Source: Octopus vulgaris
Lineage: Eukaryota
DNA length: 64,000 bases
NCBI GenBank assembly: GCA_951406725.2
Contig: OX597819.1
Location: forward strand, 52,638,001 to 52,702,000
Direction of reading: 5' to 3'
Both the position numbers and the translations under genes were made by a program. Shown one piece after another: positions 1 to 13,258 of the stretch (the first letter of the stretch is position 1; each line of letters starts with the position of its first letter). The notes below the pieces were generated by a model. That model was given only the letters and a program-made list of their open reading frames with translations. It did no database searches and was not told where the DNA came from.

Positions 1-194
1 GAAAAGGGGCGACAGAAAGATGGGGAGAGAGATATACAAAGAGAAGAGGGTGGGAACAGAGAGAGAGATGATAAGGAGAAAGCAAATAGATAAAGAAATG
101 GACAATTATAACAACATTATTGCCCACCACCACTAACCCACTAAATCTGAATTACATGGCCCCAGAAAATGATGAGAGATACAGCGACAAGGAA

Positions 195-475
195 GATATA
201 TATATATGTGTGTGTGTATATATATATGTGTGTGTGTGTGTATATATGTGTGTGTGTGTATATATATATATGTGTGTGTGTGTGTATACATGTGTGAGTG
301 TGTATAAAACGTGTGAGTGTGTATAAAACATGTGTGTGTGTGTATATATATATGTGTGTGTGTGTGACGTATGTATGTGTATGTGCGTATGTGTATATAT
401 GAGACGGTTCGGAAAAAAAGGGTTCTTATTCAATTTATGAAAAATAAGTGTGTGTGTGTGAAAATTAACTATATA

Positions 476-506
<31 letters not shown>
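195..506. repeat. Compound (TA)n/(TG)n/(CA)n microsatellites
   Basis: Directly visible dinucleotide arrays; source of the spurious YIYI/VCVC/HTHT ORFs. Confidence 0.95.
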
Positions 507-507
<1 letters not shown>

Positions 508-938
508 CAGGTGGATTTTGTTCGCCCACCCACCGCCTCCACCACCCCACCCCATTTCTTGCAAAACGGAAAATAGATTTCGGATTTGTTAGGTGACACC
601 CAACCCACCACCCGTGCATATATACACCCCACCACCCACCCACACCTGTTTGTTTTTGTTGCTTATATATTATATCCAAGTGTGTACGTGCATTTTTTTA
701 ATACATACATACATACTATATATATATACATATATATACTACACAAGCATTATATACACACATATATATATAATGTATATATATATATTATATACAATGA
801 TAATAATAACACTAATAATACTAATAATAAAGATGAAAAAAATAATTTATATTTCTCCAACTCCCCACTCCCACTTCTAAATTACTTTTATTTATTCCAT
901 TTCCAAGAAAGAAAAAGAAAAAGCAAACAAACTAAATA

Positions 939-986
<48 letters not shown>

Positions 987-1278
987 GAAAAGATGTGTGA
1001 GACAAGCAATTTAGCAGTTAGGTTTGCCAAGCATTAAGTTTTGTGGTCGGTTGATTGGTGTAATGTATGGTGTGTGTGTGTGAGTGAGTGTGTGTGTGTG
1101 GTGAGGGTGTAATATTTGTGAGTGTATATGTTGATCGTGTGTGCGTGTGGTGAGAGGGTGGAGTGTTTGTGTGTACTGGTGTCTTTTACATGTGTGATGT
1201 GTGTGTGTATGATGGTGATGCTTTTAAGGTGCAATGTTTGTATATGTTGCACATAATGTGTGTGAATAAATGAATGAT

Positions 1279-1336
<58 letters not shown>

Positions 1337-3514
1337 TAATTGGACAGTGAAAGAGAGAAAGTGGGGAGAGTGGATGAAGAGTGAGGGGTAATAGAGAAAC
1401 ATATCAGGCCGGTTTCCAAATTCATTTCCTTCACCACCACCACCAGCCACTTCAGCTCTCTTCTTCCCTCCCCCACCTCCTCTACTTCTACAGTCCACTC
1501 CTCATCTCTCACCACCACCACCACCATCAAAGTCATCATCATCATCATCAACAACACCACCACCACCACCAATCCAGCACCACCTAAACAGTAGCAACCA
1601 GACTATACCACCTCCCGTCCGCTCCCCCGCATCACACAACATCCTCCATACGATTGAGTAAGAGAGACCCTTCAAAGCCCTTAAACCACCACCACCACCA
1701 CCACCCCTGCCGCCACTACTGCTCAAATTCTAGCCGATTTCCCCTCTCCCACCGCGCGCGCGCGCACACACACACACTCCCTCACTGCCTCATCTCTTAT
1801 ACACCCTATACTTTTAAAATAAACCTGTCACCCAACCACTATCTATCTATCTTCCTCTCCACACTATTTTCCTCTATATATCCATCCACGACACTCCACC
1901 ATCACCGCCACTATCATATACAACAAATAGTAACCACTACAATAACTATCGCTGCTTCACCACACAACCACCACCAACACCGCTGCTATCAGTCACAACA
2001 ACCAGCATCACTATACAACAACAACAAGCGCAATCAGCACCATCACTACCACCACCAACATAATCGTCAGCATGACCACCACCACCGCCAACATAATTAT
2101 CAGTACCACCGCCGCCTCCACCACCACCATCATCATCGTCGTCGTCAACATCAACATCAAGTACTTTTTTATATTCATTTCTTTATGTAACACTTTGTTT
2201 TTTTTTTTCTCTCTTCCCCCTCCTCCTCCTCCACAAAGATATTTTGCACCGCCAATTTTCCAAGCCCTCCTGACCCCCTGGGCAGGTTGTCAGTCATCTC
2301 ACCCGTCACTGACCATGGAATGCACGCCTGGTCGCCTCTCAATATCTCCCTCTCACACACACCCGCCCACTCTTTCTCTCGCTACTCCACACTCCACCAC
2401 TAAACTATCATCATCAGCTCCACCAACACCGCCACCGCCACCGCCACCACCACCTCATCCGCTAGCATAAAATAAAATAAAATAAATAAATAAATAAAAG
2501 GCCTAGCCAATCAACTACTGCTAATAAGATTGCGAGTAATGTTTAATAACAACAGTCTGACCTCTTCCACATCCATCTACCTACCACCACCACCACCACC
2601 ACCATCGCCGATCTGAGTATCAACAGCAGTATCAACACCGCCAGCCAGTACCGCTCTCTCTCTCTCTCTCTCTCTCTATCTCGACATCATATCTTTCTCT
2701 TGTATTCCTTATTCTATCTGAGAGAGAAGGAAAAAGATTTAACATGCATGACGAATCAGAGAATCTTCTGAAAATAAACAACCTTAACTTGATCAAAATT
2801 GCAGCCAGTCTTAATGATAAACCAGGTGTTATGAGAGAGGAGAGACAGCGAGAGAAAGAGAGATATATATATAGAGAGAGACAGAGCGTGTATGTGTGTG
2901 TAGAGGGAAAACATGGTGAAACAGCGAGAGTGTATTATATATATATATATAATATATGTGTGTGTGTGTATGTATATAACGAGGATATAATACAGCGTAG
3001 AAATGAGAGAGAGAGAGAGAGAGAGTGGAAGTACGAAGAGAAAAGAAAAAAAGAACGACATAAAGAGTATTGTTTAGATAGAGAGTGACGGGGTGAAACG
3101 TGAGAAGAGAAGAAAGTGTGAGAAACAGAGTAAGAGAGAGAGATATAAAAGACAGAGGGGAGCGATAGAGATATGTGAAGGAGAGATTGATAAGGTGAGA
3201 GTGACGATTGATAGCATAGAGATAAGCTAAGGCTATAAGGGAAGAAAGAGGAAGAAAGGGTAAAGAACTACATGGCGGTGATAAAGAGAAAGAAAACAGA
3301 ATTGAGAGAGAGGGGGAAGAAAGAGAGAAAGAGCGATGGGAAAGTAAAGTGGAAATGCAAATAAGGTGGAGATGAGAGAGTGAATAGTGGCGGTGGAGGT
3401 GGTGGGGACAAAATTGACTGGGGTGGGCAGGTGGGTCGAAAGTGACAATCAGAAACTGACGGTGATGAGGAGGGAAGAGGGGGAAGGATGAAAAATAAAA
3501 GAGAAAAACTAAGT

Positions 3515-3700
3515 GGGCGGGACCACCATCGCCTGCTTGACAAGCAGAAAGGTGGAAAGCGATAGGGAGAGATAAATAAGTAGATAGAGATAGAGACAGA
3601 AAGAAGAGTTTACAGAGAAAGGTGGGAGTGTCCTGGGCGAGCACTATAAAAGCTGTGGTAGCGGCGGTGGAGAGTGTGTACAGACTTGAACGAGGTAAGG
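3515..3700 (+). promoter_or_regulatory. Candidate Pol II core promoter (GC box, TATAAAAG) followed by a 5' splice donor
   Basis: GGGCGGG at ~3516, canonical TATAAAAG at 3645-3652 in GC-rich context, GAG|GTAAGG at 3692-3700. Motif evidence only. Confidence 0.25.
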
Positions 3701-3959
3701 GGGGAAATAAAAAGTATTATAAAAACTCTCAAAAGAAATGAAGACAAAAATAAAAAAAACATTCATATATATATACATAATCCCACCATACCGGACAAGA
3801 CAAAATGCACCGTAATAATAGGGAAAAATACACACGTACACATTACTATGTGTGTGCGTGTATACAATATATATATATACACACACATACATGCACATTA
3901 CACATGTGTGTGTATCATACAGACGTACACATCTGACAGTGATTGACAGTTCAGTTAGA

Positions 3960-4090
3960 TCGACAACAAAACGTGGAAACGCCGAGAGCGCAGCTCGAAA
4001 AAGCACGTTGCTCGTCAGCGATTGGTCGGTCGTAGTTCTTTAGCCACTGCTTAGTGTGCATATTTTTAAAAAAGCACGTGCTTTTTTTCC
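3960..4090. promoter_or_regulatory. CpG-rich island with E-box/E'-box cluster and inverted CCAAT
   Basis: AACGTG 3970-3975, CACGTT 4004-4009, ATTGG 4021-4025, and CACGTG inside the perfect 20-bp palindrome AAAAAAGCACGTGCTTTTTT (4068-4087). Confidence 0.4.
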
Positions 4091-5160
4091 TTACAACATA
4101 AACGGAGTAAAGGGGGTGAGAAGGAAACGAGCTAGTGAAAATAGGCGGAATGGGCGGGGATCATTATAGACATGCACTTTATATAGATATATGTATATGT
4201 GTGTGTGTGTGTATATATATGTATATATACACACACATAGATATATTTATACATATACTGGGACGTACTTACCACTTTAAAGCTCTCTTTCCTCACAATA
4301 CACACACACATATATATATATATATATACACATATGATAGGTGTGTATGTATATCTATATATACATACACACACATACTGTGTGTACTTAGTCGATACAT
4401 GTATGTACAGCGGTACGTATGTACATATATATAATGTTTAGATATATCTATGTACACATAAGTATACATGTGTGTATATGTATGCATATAGTTGTCTGTG
4501 TATGGAGATATATGTGCATGTGTGTACAGAGAAGGAGAGAGAGAAAGGGTTTGTGTACATGTGTGTACAGAGATCTGTCCGTATACATTCGTATATTATC
4601 TATTGGCGATACATAAAGAGTTATGTACACATGCGCACACATATAAGTAGTCTATGAGAGACACACACATAGACGTGTATGTGCATGCATGCATGCATAT
4701 ATATATATATATTTACACACACACACACGTTCATACATGCATTTATACAAGGAGGATAGAGTAGTTTGAACAGCGAAAAAGAAAGAGAGGGAAGAAAGAA
4801 AGAAGGATATAGATATAGACAGAGCTAAAGAGGGGAAATAGAGAGAGTAATAAGTAAGTAATATTATAAAAAGCCAGGTTAGCTAGCCAGACAGTAATGA
4901 GAATTCAGAAATAAGGGGAATTTTTTTTCGCCTTTTTTCGTTTTTTTTTTTCTGTTTCCTCTTTTCATATTTTTTTCTCTCCTCCCTATTCTCCTCTATA
5001 TTACTACTACTACTACTACTACTAAACACATATATTCCTAATTCTTTTTTTATACATCCCCACCGCCTTTATCAGCAAGGTAGCCCCTTATTTATTCTCC
5101 CTATTTTTTTTATATCATTCTCCTTAAATGTCTTTTTCGGTCTTCTTTTCATTCTATAAC

Positions 5161-5197
<37 letters not shown>

Positions 5198-5358
5198 TGC
5201 TTTTTCTTGAAATTTTTTCTCTTTTCTTCAGCTGATTTTTTTATTTTATTTTTACTTCTCCCACCACGAGTTTTTTTCCCCTCTCATCACCATCATTATT
5301 ATTAATTTATTTATTTATTACATCTAATTTCTTTTCTTTTTTTTTATATTCAATGACT

Positions 5359-5416
<58 letters not shown>

Positions 5417-5709
5417 TTTTCTTTTTATTTATTTATATTTATTTACTCAATTCAGAGACACCAACGTCATCGCCGTTATCTCCGTTTCTCTTATTATTAT
5501 TCCGTTCATCGACCTCACCACCCCTTCAATACATACACACGCTCTGACACTGCCTCTCTTTCTTTCTCTCTCTCACTTGCGAACGTGTGTGTATGTATAC
5601 ATACATACATACATACATATAGCTAATTTTTCAAGTATTCCTCTCACTCTCTCATTACTGATATTCCCTTTCCTCAATTCCTTTGCCAACAAATCTATCG
5701 CTCTATTTG

Positions 5710-5748
<39 letters not shown>

Positions 5749-5772
5749 ATATACTATATATATATATATATA

Positions 5773-5875
<103 letters not shown>

Positions 5876-6945
5876 GTCCCTCTTCTCAATCATTCACCAT
5901 TTTCTTCACTTAGCTCTATCAAATCCCTTCTCATTTACCATCATGTTTCTTCTCGGCCCTTCTCTCCCCCCACTCGTGTGTATGTGTGTGTATATGTGTA
6001 CACACACTGTTTTTAGCTATTTATTTTCTCCATTCGCAATTTATTCTTCGTCTTCTACCCATCTTCCGCCAACAACTTCCTTCTCGTCATCTCCTTCATT
6101 CCTTCGACATAACAATTTCTCTATTTACCCTCCTCTTAACTCAATTCCCTCCACCCCCTCTCTCTCTCTCTATCTCTTTCCTGTGTGTCCTTGCTTATAT
6201 ATATATCTTCTTCATCTGAACGGTGGCGGGGGGCTGGTTGGTTGTAAGCAACGATGTTACAGGAAGGGGCGTTTTTTGTATGAATGGAGAAAAAATCAGG
6301 CCTTGGATCTTGTGAAGAGTGCATGTTTGTCTTGGGTTAAAACGCATTTGCAAAGCTTGGCCAGTAATATTGCTTGTGTGTGAGTGTGTCTCGCAGTGTG
6401 TTAATGGCTTTGCCGCCACTTAGCGGAGCTATCATGTTGCTGTGCCAATGATAGGGTTTGGAGAGAGACCCGAACAACGAGGGGTTGATGGCGGCATATG
6501 ATGAATGAGAGGAGATAGGGAATACGTGTGTATGTGTTAGAGAGAGAGAGACAGGAGGGGGGAGTGAAGGGGAGAGATAAAAGGCCTTTGAGAAAAGGAA
6601 GCACATCCAGAACTTAGCGGGTGTTAGCTGCTAAGATACCCCGAAAAAATGTCGTCGACGAGAACAGCGATGGCGATTATATGATGATAATGATGTTATT
6701 CAAGGTGGTTTGCATGTAAGTGCTTGTAAAGGGGCCATTGTGATGATGGCTATGGAGAGGTGTCTGCTGATATTGTTTTGTTTGGTGGTGGTGGTCATGG
6801 GCGGTTGCAGCGTAGCTGGTGTATGAGCGGGATTACTGTCTGTTGTTGAAGGTGGTGTTGGCAGTTGTGGTGGTGTGGACGGCTCTAACAAAACACTTCA
6901 ACGATGGTGTTGGAGTGAAGAGAGTTGCCCCCAATAGCCGTGACG

Positions 6946-7248
6946 GGCGCAGGAGTGGCTGTGTGGTAAGTAGCTTGCTTACCAACCACATGGTTCCGGG
7001 TTCAGTCCCTCTGTGTGACACCTTGTCTTCTACTATAGCCTCGGGCCGACCAAAGCCTTGTGGGTGGAAACTGTGTGTGTATGTATACGTTTGTCCCCCC
7101 CAACATCGCTTGACTCAGCGGTTCGGCAATAGAGGCCGATAGAATAAGTACTAGGCTTTCAAAGAATAAGTCCTGGAGTCGATTTGCTCGACAAAAAAGG
7201 CGGTACTCCAGCATGGTCGCAGTCAAATGACTGAAACAAGTAAAAGAA
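6946..7248 (+). mobile_element. tRNA-derived SINE family A, near full length
   Basis: Head GGCGCAGGAGTGGCTGTGTGGTAAG...GGTTCCGGGTTCAGTCCC (A/B-box-like), internal TG microsatellite, end GCAGTCAAATGACTGAAACAAGTAAAAGA. Many homologous copies in the window. Confidence 0.9.
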
Positions 7249-8337
7249 TTATATATATATATATATATGTGTGTGGGTGTGTGTGTATGGGGGGGAGTAA
7301 TTGTGGGAGGACGTTACTTTACTTGTTGGCGACACTACCGGCCAGTTTAAGAATAATTGCGGAGGTAACAGGTAGCGTTGACGATAGTGGTGATGTGGTG
7401 CAAGGAATTAAATAGCCAAGCAAACGGTAGGAGGTAACAGAAGTGGGAAGAAGAAGAGGAGGACAACAACGACGACGGAGAGGAGGAGCCAGCGGTGGTG
7501 GTGGTGGTGGTGATGGTGGAGGCGGAGGCGGCGGCGACCACCGTCCCGTGCACTCCCGCCATCTTTCTATAAAGTCAGTCGGTACATACTAATGACTTTT
7601 CACAATGAAAGCAAACCAACAACAGGAAACACCAGATATTTCATGACAGCAATGGATCTGTGTGTGTGTTAGGAGCTGTGTGTATGTGTGTGTGTGTGCG
7701 GATATGATATGTATAGGTGACGTGTGATTGTTTTGAACAAGTGTGTGTATATATATATACACACACACACACAAATATGTATGTGGGAGTGTTAGCATAC
7801 TTGTGTGTCGAAGACAGGTGTGTAACTATACACAATATGTGTGTGACCACTCACCTACTTAATGTAATGTATGTGTATGCGCTATCGTTCATGCATGTGT
7901 GTGTGTGTGTGTGTGTACGTGAACATTCAGTGTGGGTGAGCGAGTGAGTGAGTGAGGGAGAGGGCCTGGGACCTTAAATAAAGCACTAAATTTTCATGTG
8001 ATGCTTCAAGCAGGTAATAAGGATAATGATGATGATAATGGTGGTAATGATGATGATGATGTCTTAACTTCCACCACCACCACCACATACACACACACAA
8101 CTTAGCCACTGTCACCGTAATCCAGTGTTTTGTTAAAGCAGTGCCCTCTCTTATGTATGTATGTATTGTAAGCCACTCGGAAATGTGGTCGGTAACACCT
8201 ACACACCCACGTCACACAGATTCCGTTGCCTTACATGACGTGTACCCGACACTTACCCTTTATTATTACAGTTAACCCTACACTTGCTTTTTTTATTTTT
8301 ATTCTTTTACTTTGTTTCAGACATTTTTTTATTTTTA

Positions 8338-8703
8338 TTCTTTTACTTTGTTTCAGACATTTGACTGCGGCCATGCTGGGGCACCGCCTAGAAGAGTATA
8401 TTAGTCAAACAAATCGACCCCCACCCCGCCCAGGACTTTTTTTTTTAAAGCTTAGGACTTATTCTTTCGGACTCTTTTGCCGAACCACTAAGTTACAGGG
8501 ACGTAAACAAACCAACATTGGTTGTCAGCGGTGATGGAGGGACAAACAGTCACAAAGACACCTACAAACACACACACACACACACACTCACAGGACTTCG
8601 GTCGGCCCGAGGCTATAGAAGACACTTCTATAGCCCAAAGTGCCATGCAATGGGACAGAACCTGGAACCATGTGGTTGGGAGAGCAAGCTTCCTACTGCA
8701 CCT
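8338..8703 (-). mobile_element. SINE family A, inverted copy
   Basis: Reverse complement of the 6946-7248 family; its tail is locally duplicated at ~8286-8360. Confidence 0.85.
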
Positions 8704-9269
8704 GTACATACGTTGCACGTACCTGCGTACGTACGTATGTATATACGTAAGAAGCCAGGGGTTGGCGGGGAAGCGGGGGCGGAAGAAGTTTAGACAGAGC
8801 GTACAAAGTATTTAAAATAACATAGGTGTGTTTTTAATGTTGCTGTTGCTGTTGACTGTGATGCATTGTCAATCCGATGCCTCAAGTAGCCAAGGGCGAC
8901 AACGACGACGACTGAGACGGCGGTGCGCAGGAGAAGGAGGGGGAAGATTGGGGTGGAGGGGTGACAGGAGCGACATAGGTAGACGGAGGAATAGGTGGTG
9001 GTAGGGGTGGGCCTATCGAATTTCCAACCATGTTTACTCTTTCACCTTACACCACCGTCAACACCCTCCTCTTTTACCCGTTTGACTCTTCTTTCGCCAC
9101 CCCCACCCCGTCGCCACCACCACCACCACCACTTTCTTCTGTGTCTTATCTCTACATATCTCTGTACCGTACCTTTCTCTAATTACATTCACCGCTACAC
9201 CCTCCTCCCCACCACCACCAACTCTTTGTTTATCTATGTATCTTTCTCTCTCTCAGCCTCACCGTCACA

Positions 9270-9310
<41 letters not shown>

Positions 9311-9474
9311 AAACAACAAATATTTTTATGTAAACATTTCCATTGACCGATTCGTGTCAAGAGAAGTTTTCTCACCACCGCAACCCCACCTTTCTTTCCG
9401 CAACCAAAAAACTCGAGGACATCCTTCACCTCCCACAGACCGTAAAAGTTACTGACTTGATCTTACCTATTCCC

Positions 9475-9506
<32 letters not shown>

Positions 9507-11073
9507 CTCCGTCATCACCGCCGCCGCCATCAGCAACCTGATCGACAATACGGTCAAACAACATCGCCACCTCCGTCGCCATCGACAGCACTTATTTATT
9601 ACCAGACAAAACAGTCACCACCTCTTCGTTCAAACAACCGGGTCGTTCAGCTTGAGTCGGTGACGAAGAGGGAGAGAAACGAAACACTTCTGTCTCTCAC
9701 CACCACCACCACCACTCTCTCCCTGTCTTTCTCTCTATCTATCCTTATGCATACACACACATGCATAAAGACAAACAGACAAGGAATGACTTGGTTCCCC
9801 CTTCTAACAAATGACTAAGCAATTAAAATGATTTTATTCTCACGCTATTATAAAGCTGGTCTTATTCTCACACTAAATCACCAGCACGCTGGCATTGATT
9901 ATAATAATACAGCTCAGTCAACTGCTCGTCTCTCACTCTCTCTCTCCCTCCCTTATACAATATCAATGGACATTTCAAGATAGCAGAGACGATAGAGAGA
10001 GCTGTTATGATACGCGTCTTAAAGATAATCAGTAGAACTCTTGAGACAGCGACAACAATCGGATTGGAAATGACTAAGTCGGTAGAGTGCCTGACAAAAT
10101 GTCTTGTGGTATACATTTCAGGCGCGCTACTTTACCAACCGGCCTAAGTTCAAAGCCTCACTGGAGCTGGTTGGTTAGGCAATTTAATCGACTGTGTGCC
10201 GAAGACTACTCCCTAAAATTAGTGACCGTGGGCCCCTAAATTGGAACTTCATTGTGATATGTAGTTTGGTACTCCAGGGTACAGGAGTTCAAATTCTGGA
10301 GTCTTCCTTCCACACCCCCTCAATGCTATTTATAATTCTTAGTGTCCGTAGAGTAACAGTTGATGTGAAACAAACCCTTGTTCTGCCACTGGACGATACG
10401 CTAGTCCATCGCAAAATACCTCCACATTCCAATTCAAAGAGTTATAAAGCATACCCCACCCCTCTGGTGTTCAGCCAAGAAAAGAACATCACCATTAACA
10501 TCATCATCATCATCACCACCACCACAAAAGCAACAATGATACAGAAGGGATAATGGATGGGCATATTGTCCTGTAATGGTTAGTTCCGTCCTAGCCCATT
10601 CTGTGTTCAATTCCAGCCAGGGCTACTTTTCTGTCATCCAAAATGGAGATCCAGTAAAATAAATACCAGGAAGTACTGGTGTGCCTGCCATTCCGTCAGC
10701 CATGAGCGTGTCGAAGTTAGACGCCACTACAACTACTACCAACACCACCACCTTCCTAATCCACCAAGAGTGGATTAGGTTGGATACAAGTAAACAGACC
10801 AGGTTTAAATTTGTTTCGTCAGTTTTGAATCCCAGAAATATTTCAAAAGCTACAGCCATTGTTAATGTGGATGTCAAGTACGTTTCGCAATCCTGTTGGT
10901 TTCGGGTCCTCTTGTTGTTATCTCACCAGCCACACACACACATACTTCCCACGCGACACAATGGGTCAGGGTCTTCAGTCATAAACCTTGTGTCAACCGA
11001 AGCCTTCTCAGTGAAACTGAAATTGAGCCAAGAGAAATTGCGTGGAAGTCTGTCGGGTGGACTGTTCCTGTTT

Positions 11074-11125
<52 letters not shown>

Positions 11126-11135
11126 TAACACTAAT

Positions 11136-11520
11136 AATCCTTTCTACTAAAGGAACAAGGTCTGAAATTGGGGCAGGGGGAGCAGACGGTTATATCGACC
11201 CCAGCGTTCCACTGGTACTTAATTTATCGACCTGGAAAGGATGACAGGCAAAGGCTACTTTGGCGGAATTTGAACTCAGAAAGTAGCAGCAGACGAAATA
11301 CCTATTTCTTTACTACCCACAAGAGGCTAAACACAGAGAGGACAAACAAGATTAAGTCGATTATGTCGACCCCCTGTGCGTAACTGGTACTTATTTAATC
11401 GACCCCGAAAGGATGAAAGGCAAAGTCGACCTCGGTGGAATTTGAACTCAGAACGTAGCGGCAGACGAAATACCGCTAAGCATTTCGCCCGGTGTGCTAA
11501 CGTTTCTGCCAGCTCGCTGT
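11136..11520 (-). mobile_element. tRNA-derived SINE family B, composite or nested copy between (TAA)n tracts
   Basis: Reverse complement of GGCGAGCTGGCAGAAACGTTAGCAC...GAGTTCAAATTCC...GGTCGACTTTGCCTTTCATCCTTTCGGGGTCGAT...AGTAGAAAGGATTATT. The central segment occurs twice. Confidence 0.9.
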
Positions 11521-12094
11521 CATTATTATTATTATTATTATTATAGTTTCAAATTTTGGTACAAGACCAAAAATTTCATGGGGATAAGTAGATGACATTA
11601 TCCTTCTGTGCTCAACTGGTAATTATTTTAATCGACCCCGAAAGGTTGTAAGGCCAAGTCGATTTCAGTGGTAATTGAACCTAGAGCATAAGCCAGAAAA
11701 AATACCAAGCATTTTCCGATGTGGTAACGATTCTGCTAGCCCTACATCAACCGAACCAGTTGTACCACTAAGTCTACCAATGAAGAAACTTCAATTTGGG
11801 CGCATGAGCTACTAGAAATACCAGTCAAATATCACGTAAAACATACCCCATACTGTTACATACCCTGTGGTATTATATTAAAAATAGAAAGAAAGAAAAG
11901 AGATATTGCATGTCGGAGTTCTCTTAACGCTACGTCTGAATAAAATACATGATGGTCATATCTGGAACACAGTTGACAGTATGTACGCCTGCTGAACCTG
12001 GCTGATCAAGAAAGAAATTTAACAACAAACGACGATGATTTCTGAAATGGAATTGTCACAACAGATTTATGAGAAACGAATGTGAAATTACGTG

Positions 12095-12128
<34 letters not shown>

Positions 12129-13062
12129 AGGACATTGGAGACATATATGCAAGTGTGTGTGTGAGAGCGAGAGAGACGGTGGGGAGCGTGGTGGGGGTGG
12201 GGGTGATGGGAAAGGCTTTCAAGTGGAAATTGAAAACAAGTCAATAAACCAGGATTAGATTCTCGATAATTAATAAAAGAATAATTTTTGAGATATTTCA
12301 CCGAGTATAAAAAGCATTCATTTGCATGGGTAATTAACAGCAGCAACAGCGACAACAAGGACACACCAAATTACCAATGACAACAACTGTAGCAGCAACA
12401 TTACAACCACAACAACAACCACAGTCACAAGTGTTTTCCAAAGTGTGTGTGTGTGTCAAGGTCCTCTGGTTGGGCGAAAGAGTATGGATGGACCAGTTCC
12501 TACGAAAGGCTATTTCAAAGTTAACTATTGATTGATGTCATTTAACAAGCCCTAATTGAAGCTGTTTTAATGTGTTTCACACACATAAAATAATAGTAAT
12601 ATGAAATAAACCAGAAATCCATTAAAAAAAAAATTCCCTCTCAACTCCTTCTTATCGAGAAAAGAAAAATACATAAATAATATTTTTTAAAAATACATCC
12701 AAACCGGCGAAACCTCTTGTGGGAAGAGTTACTACGAATTGCAGTCTAACTACTTGAAGAGAGAGAGAACAGTGGAGCAGAGAAGAGCTAAAGGAGTAAA
12801 AGAGAAAACAAGATTTGGACAAAGCTGTAACAGTCGACGGAGAAGAGAAAACGAAGGAGCCCCGTGGTTAATTCAGTTATTAAAAACGGCAGTCAAATCT
12901 CCATTAGCTCATAGACAACCGGGTTTATATATAGGTGCAACAGCGATCCTTCGGAAACTTTGTTTCCAAAGCTTATCCGGACGACTGCCCTCCCGCCCCT
13001 GAACCAGGAGTATTCACTTTGGCCAACATACTCTAAATCAAACAAATATTGAATTTACTTTA

Positions 13063-13258
13063 ATAATCCTTTCTACTATAGGCACAAGACCAGAAACTTT
13101 GGGGATGGGCTAAGTTGATTGTCAAATTCCCAGTAATCGGCTCCGAAAGGATGAAAGGCAAAGTCGACCTCGGTGGAATTTGAACTAAGAACGTAACAAC
13201 GGACGAAAGGCCGCTAAGCATTTTGCCTGGCGTACTAACGACTCTGCCAGCTCACCGC
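13063..13258 (-). mobile_element. SINE family B
   Basis: Same family motifs (GAAAGGATGAAAGGCAAAGTCGACCTCGGTGGAATTTGAAC). Further decayed copies at ~11545-11740 (-) and ~13774-13955 (+). Confidence 0.85.

Noticed and set aside
1381-2470. His/Gln/Thr/Pro-rich ORFs
   Set aside because: Derived from CAC/CAT/CAA trinucleotide runs; no convincing splice sites or recognisable domain.
9462-9600. Minus-strand AG|GTAAGA as a second ratchet point, or the end of a MATEVAMLFD.. exon
   Set aside because: Upstream sequence is GGT/GTT repeat with no pyrimidine tract, and the peptide is low-complexity.
9655-9710. TGACGA...GAAAC...GTC hammerhead-like order (also CTGACGA on the minus strand at ~4013 and ~10816)
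   Set aside because: No stem II can form, or GAAA is missing or misplaced.
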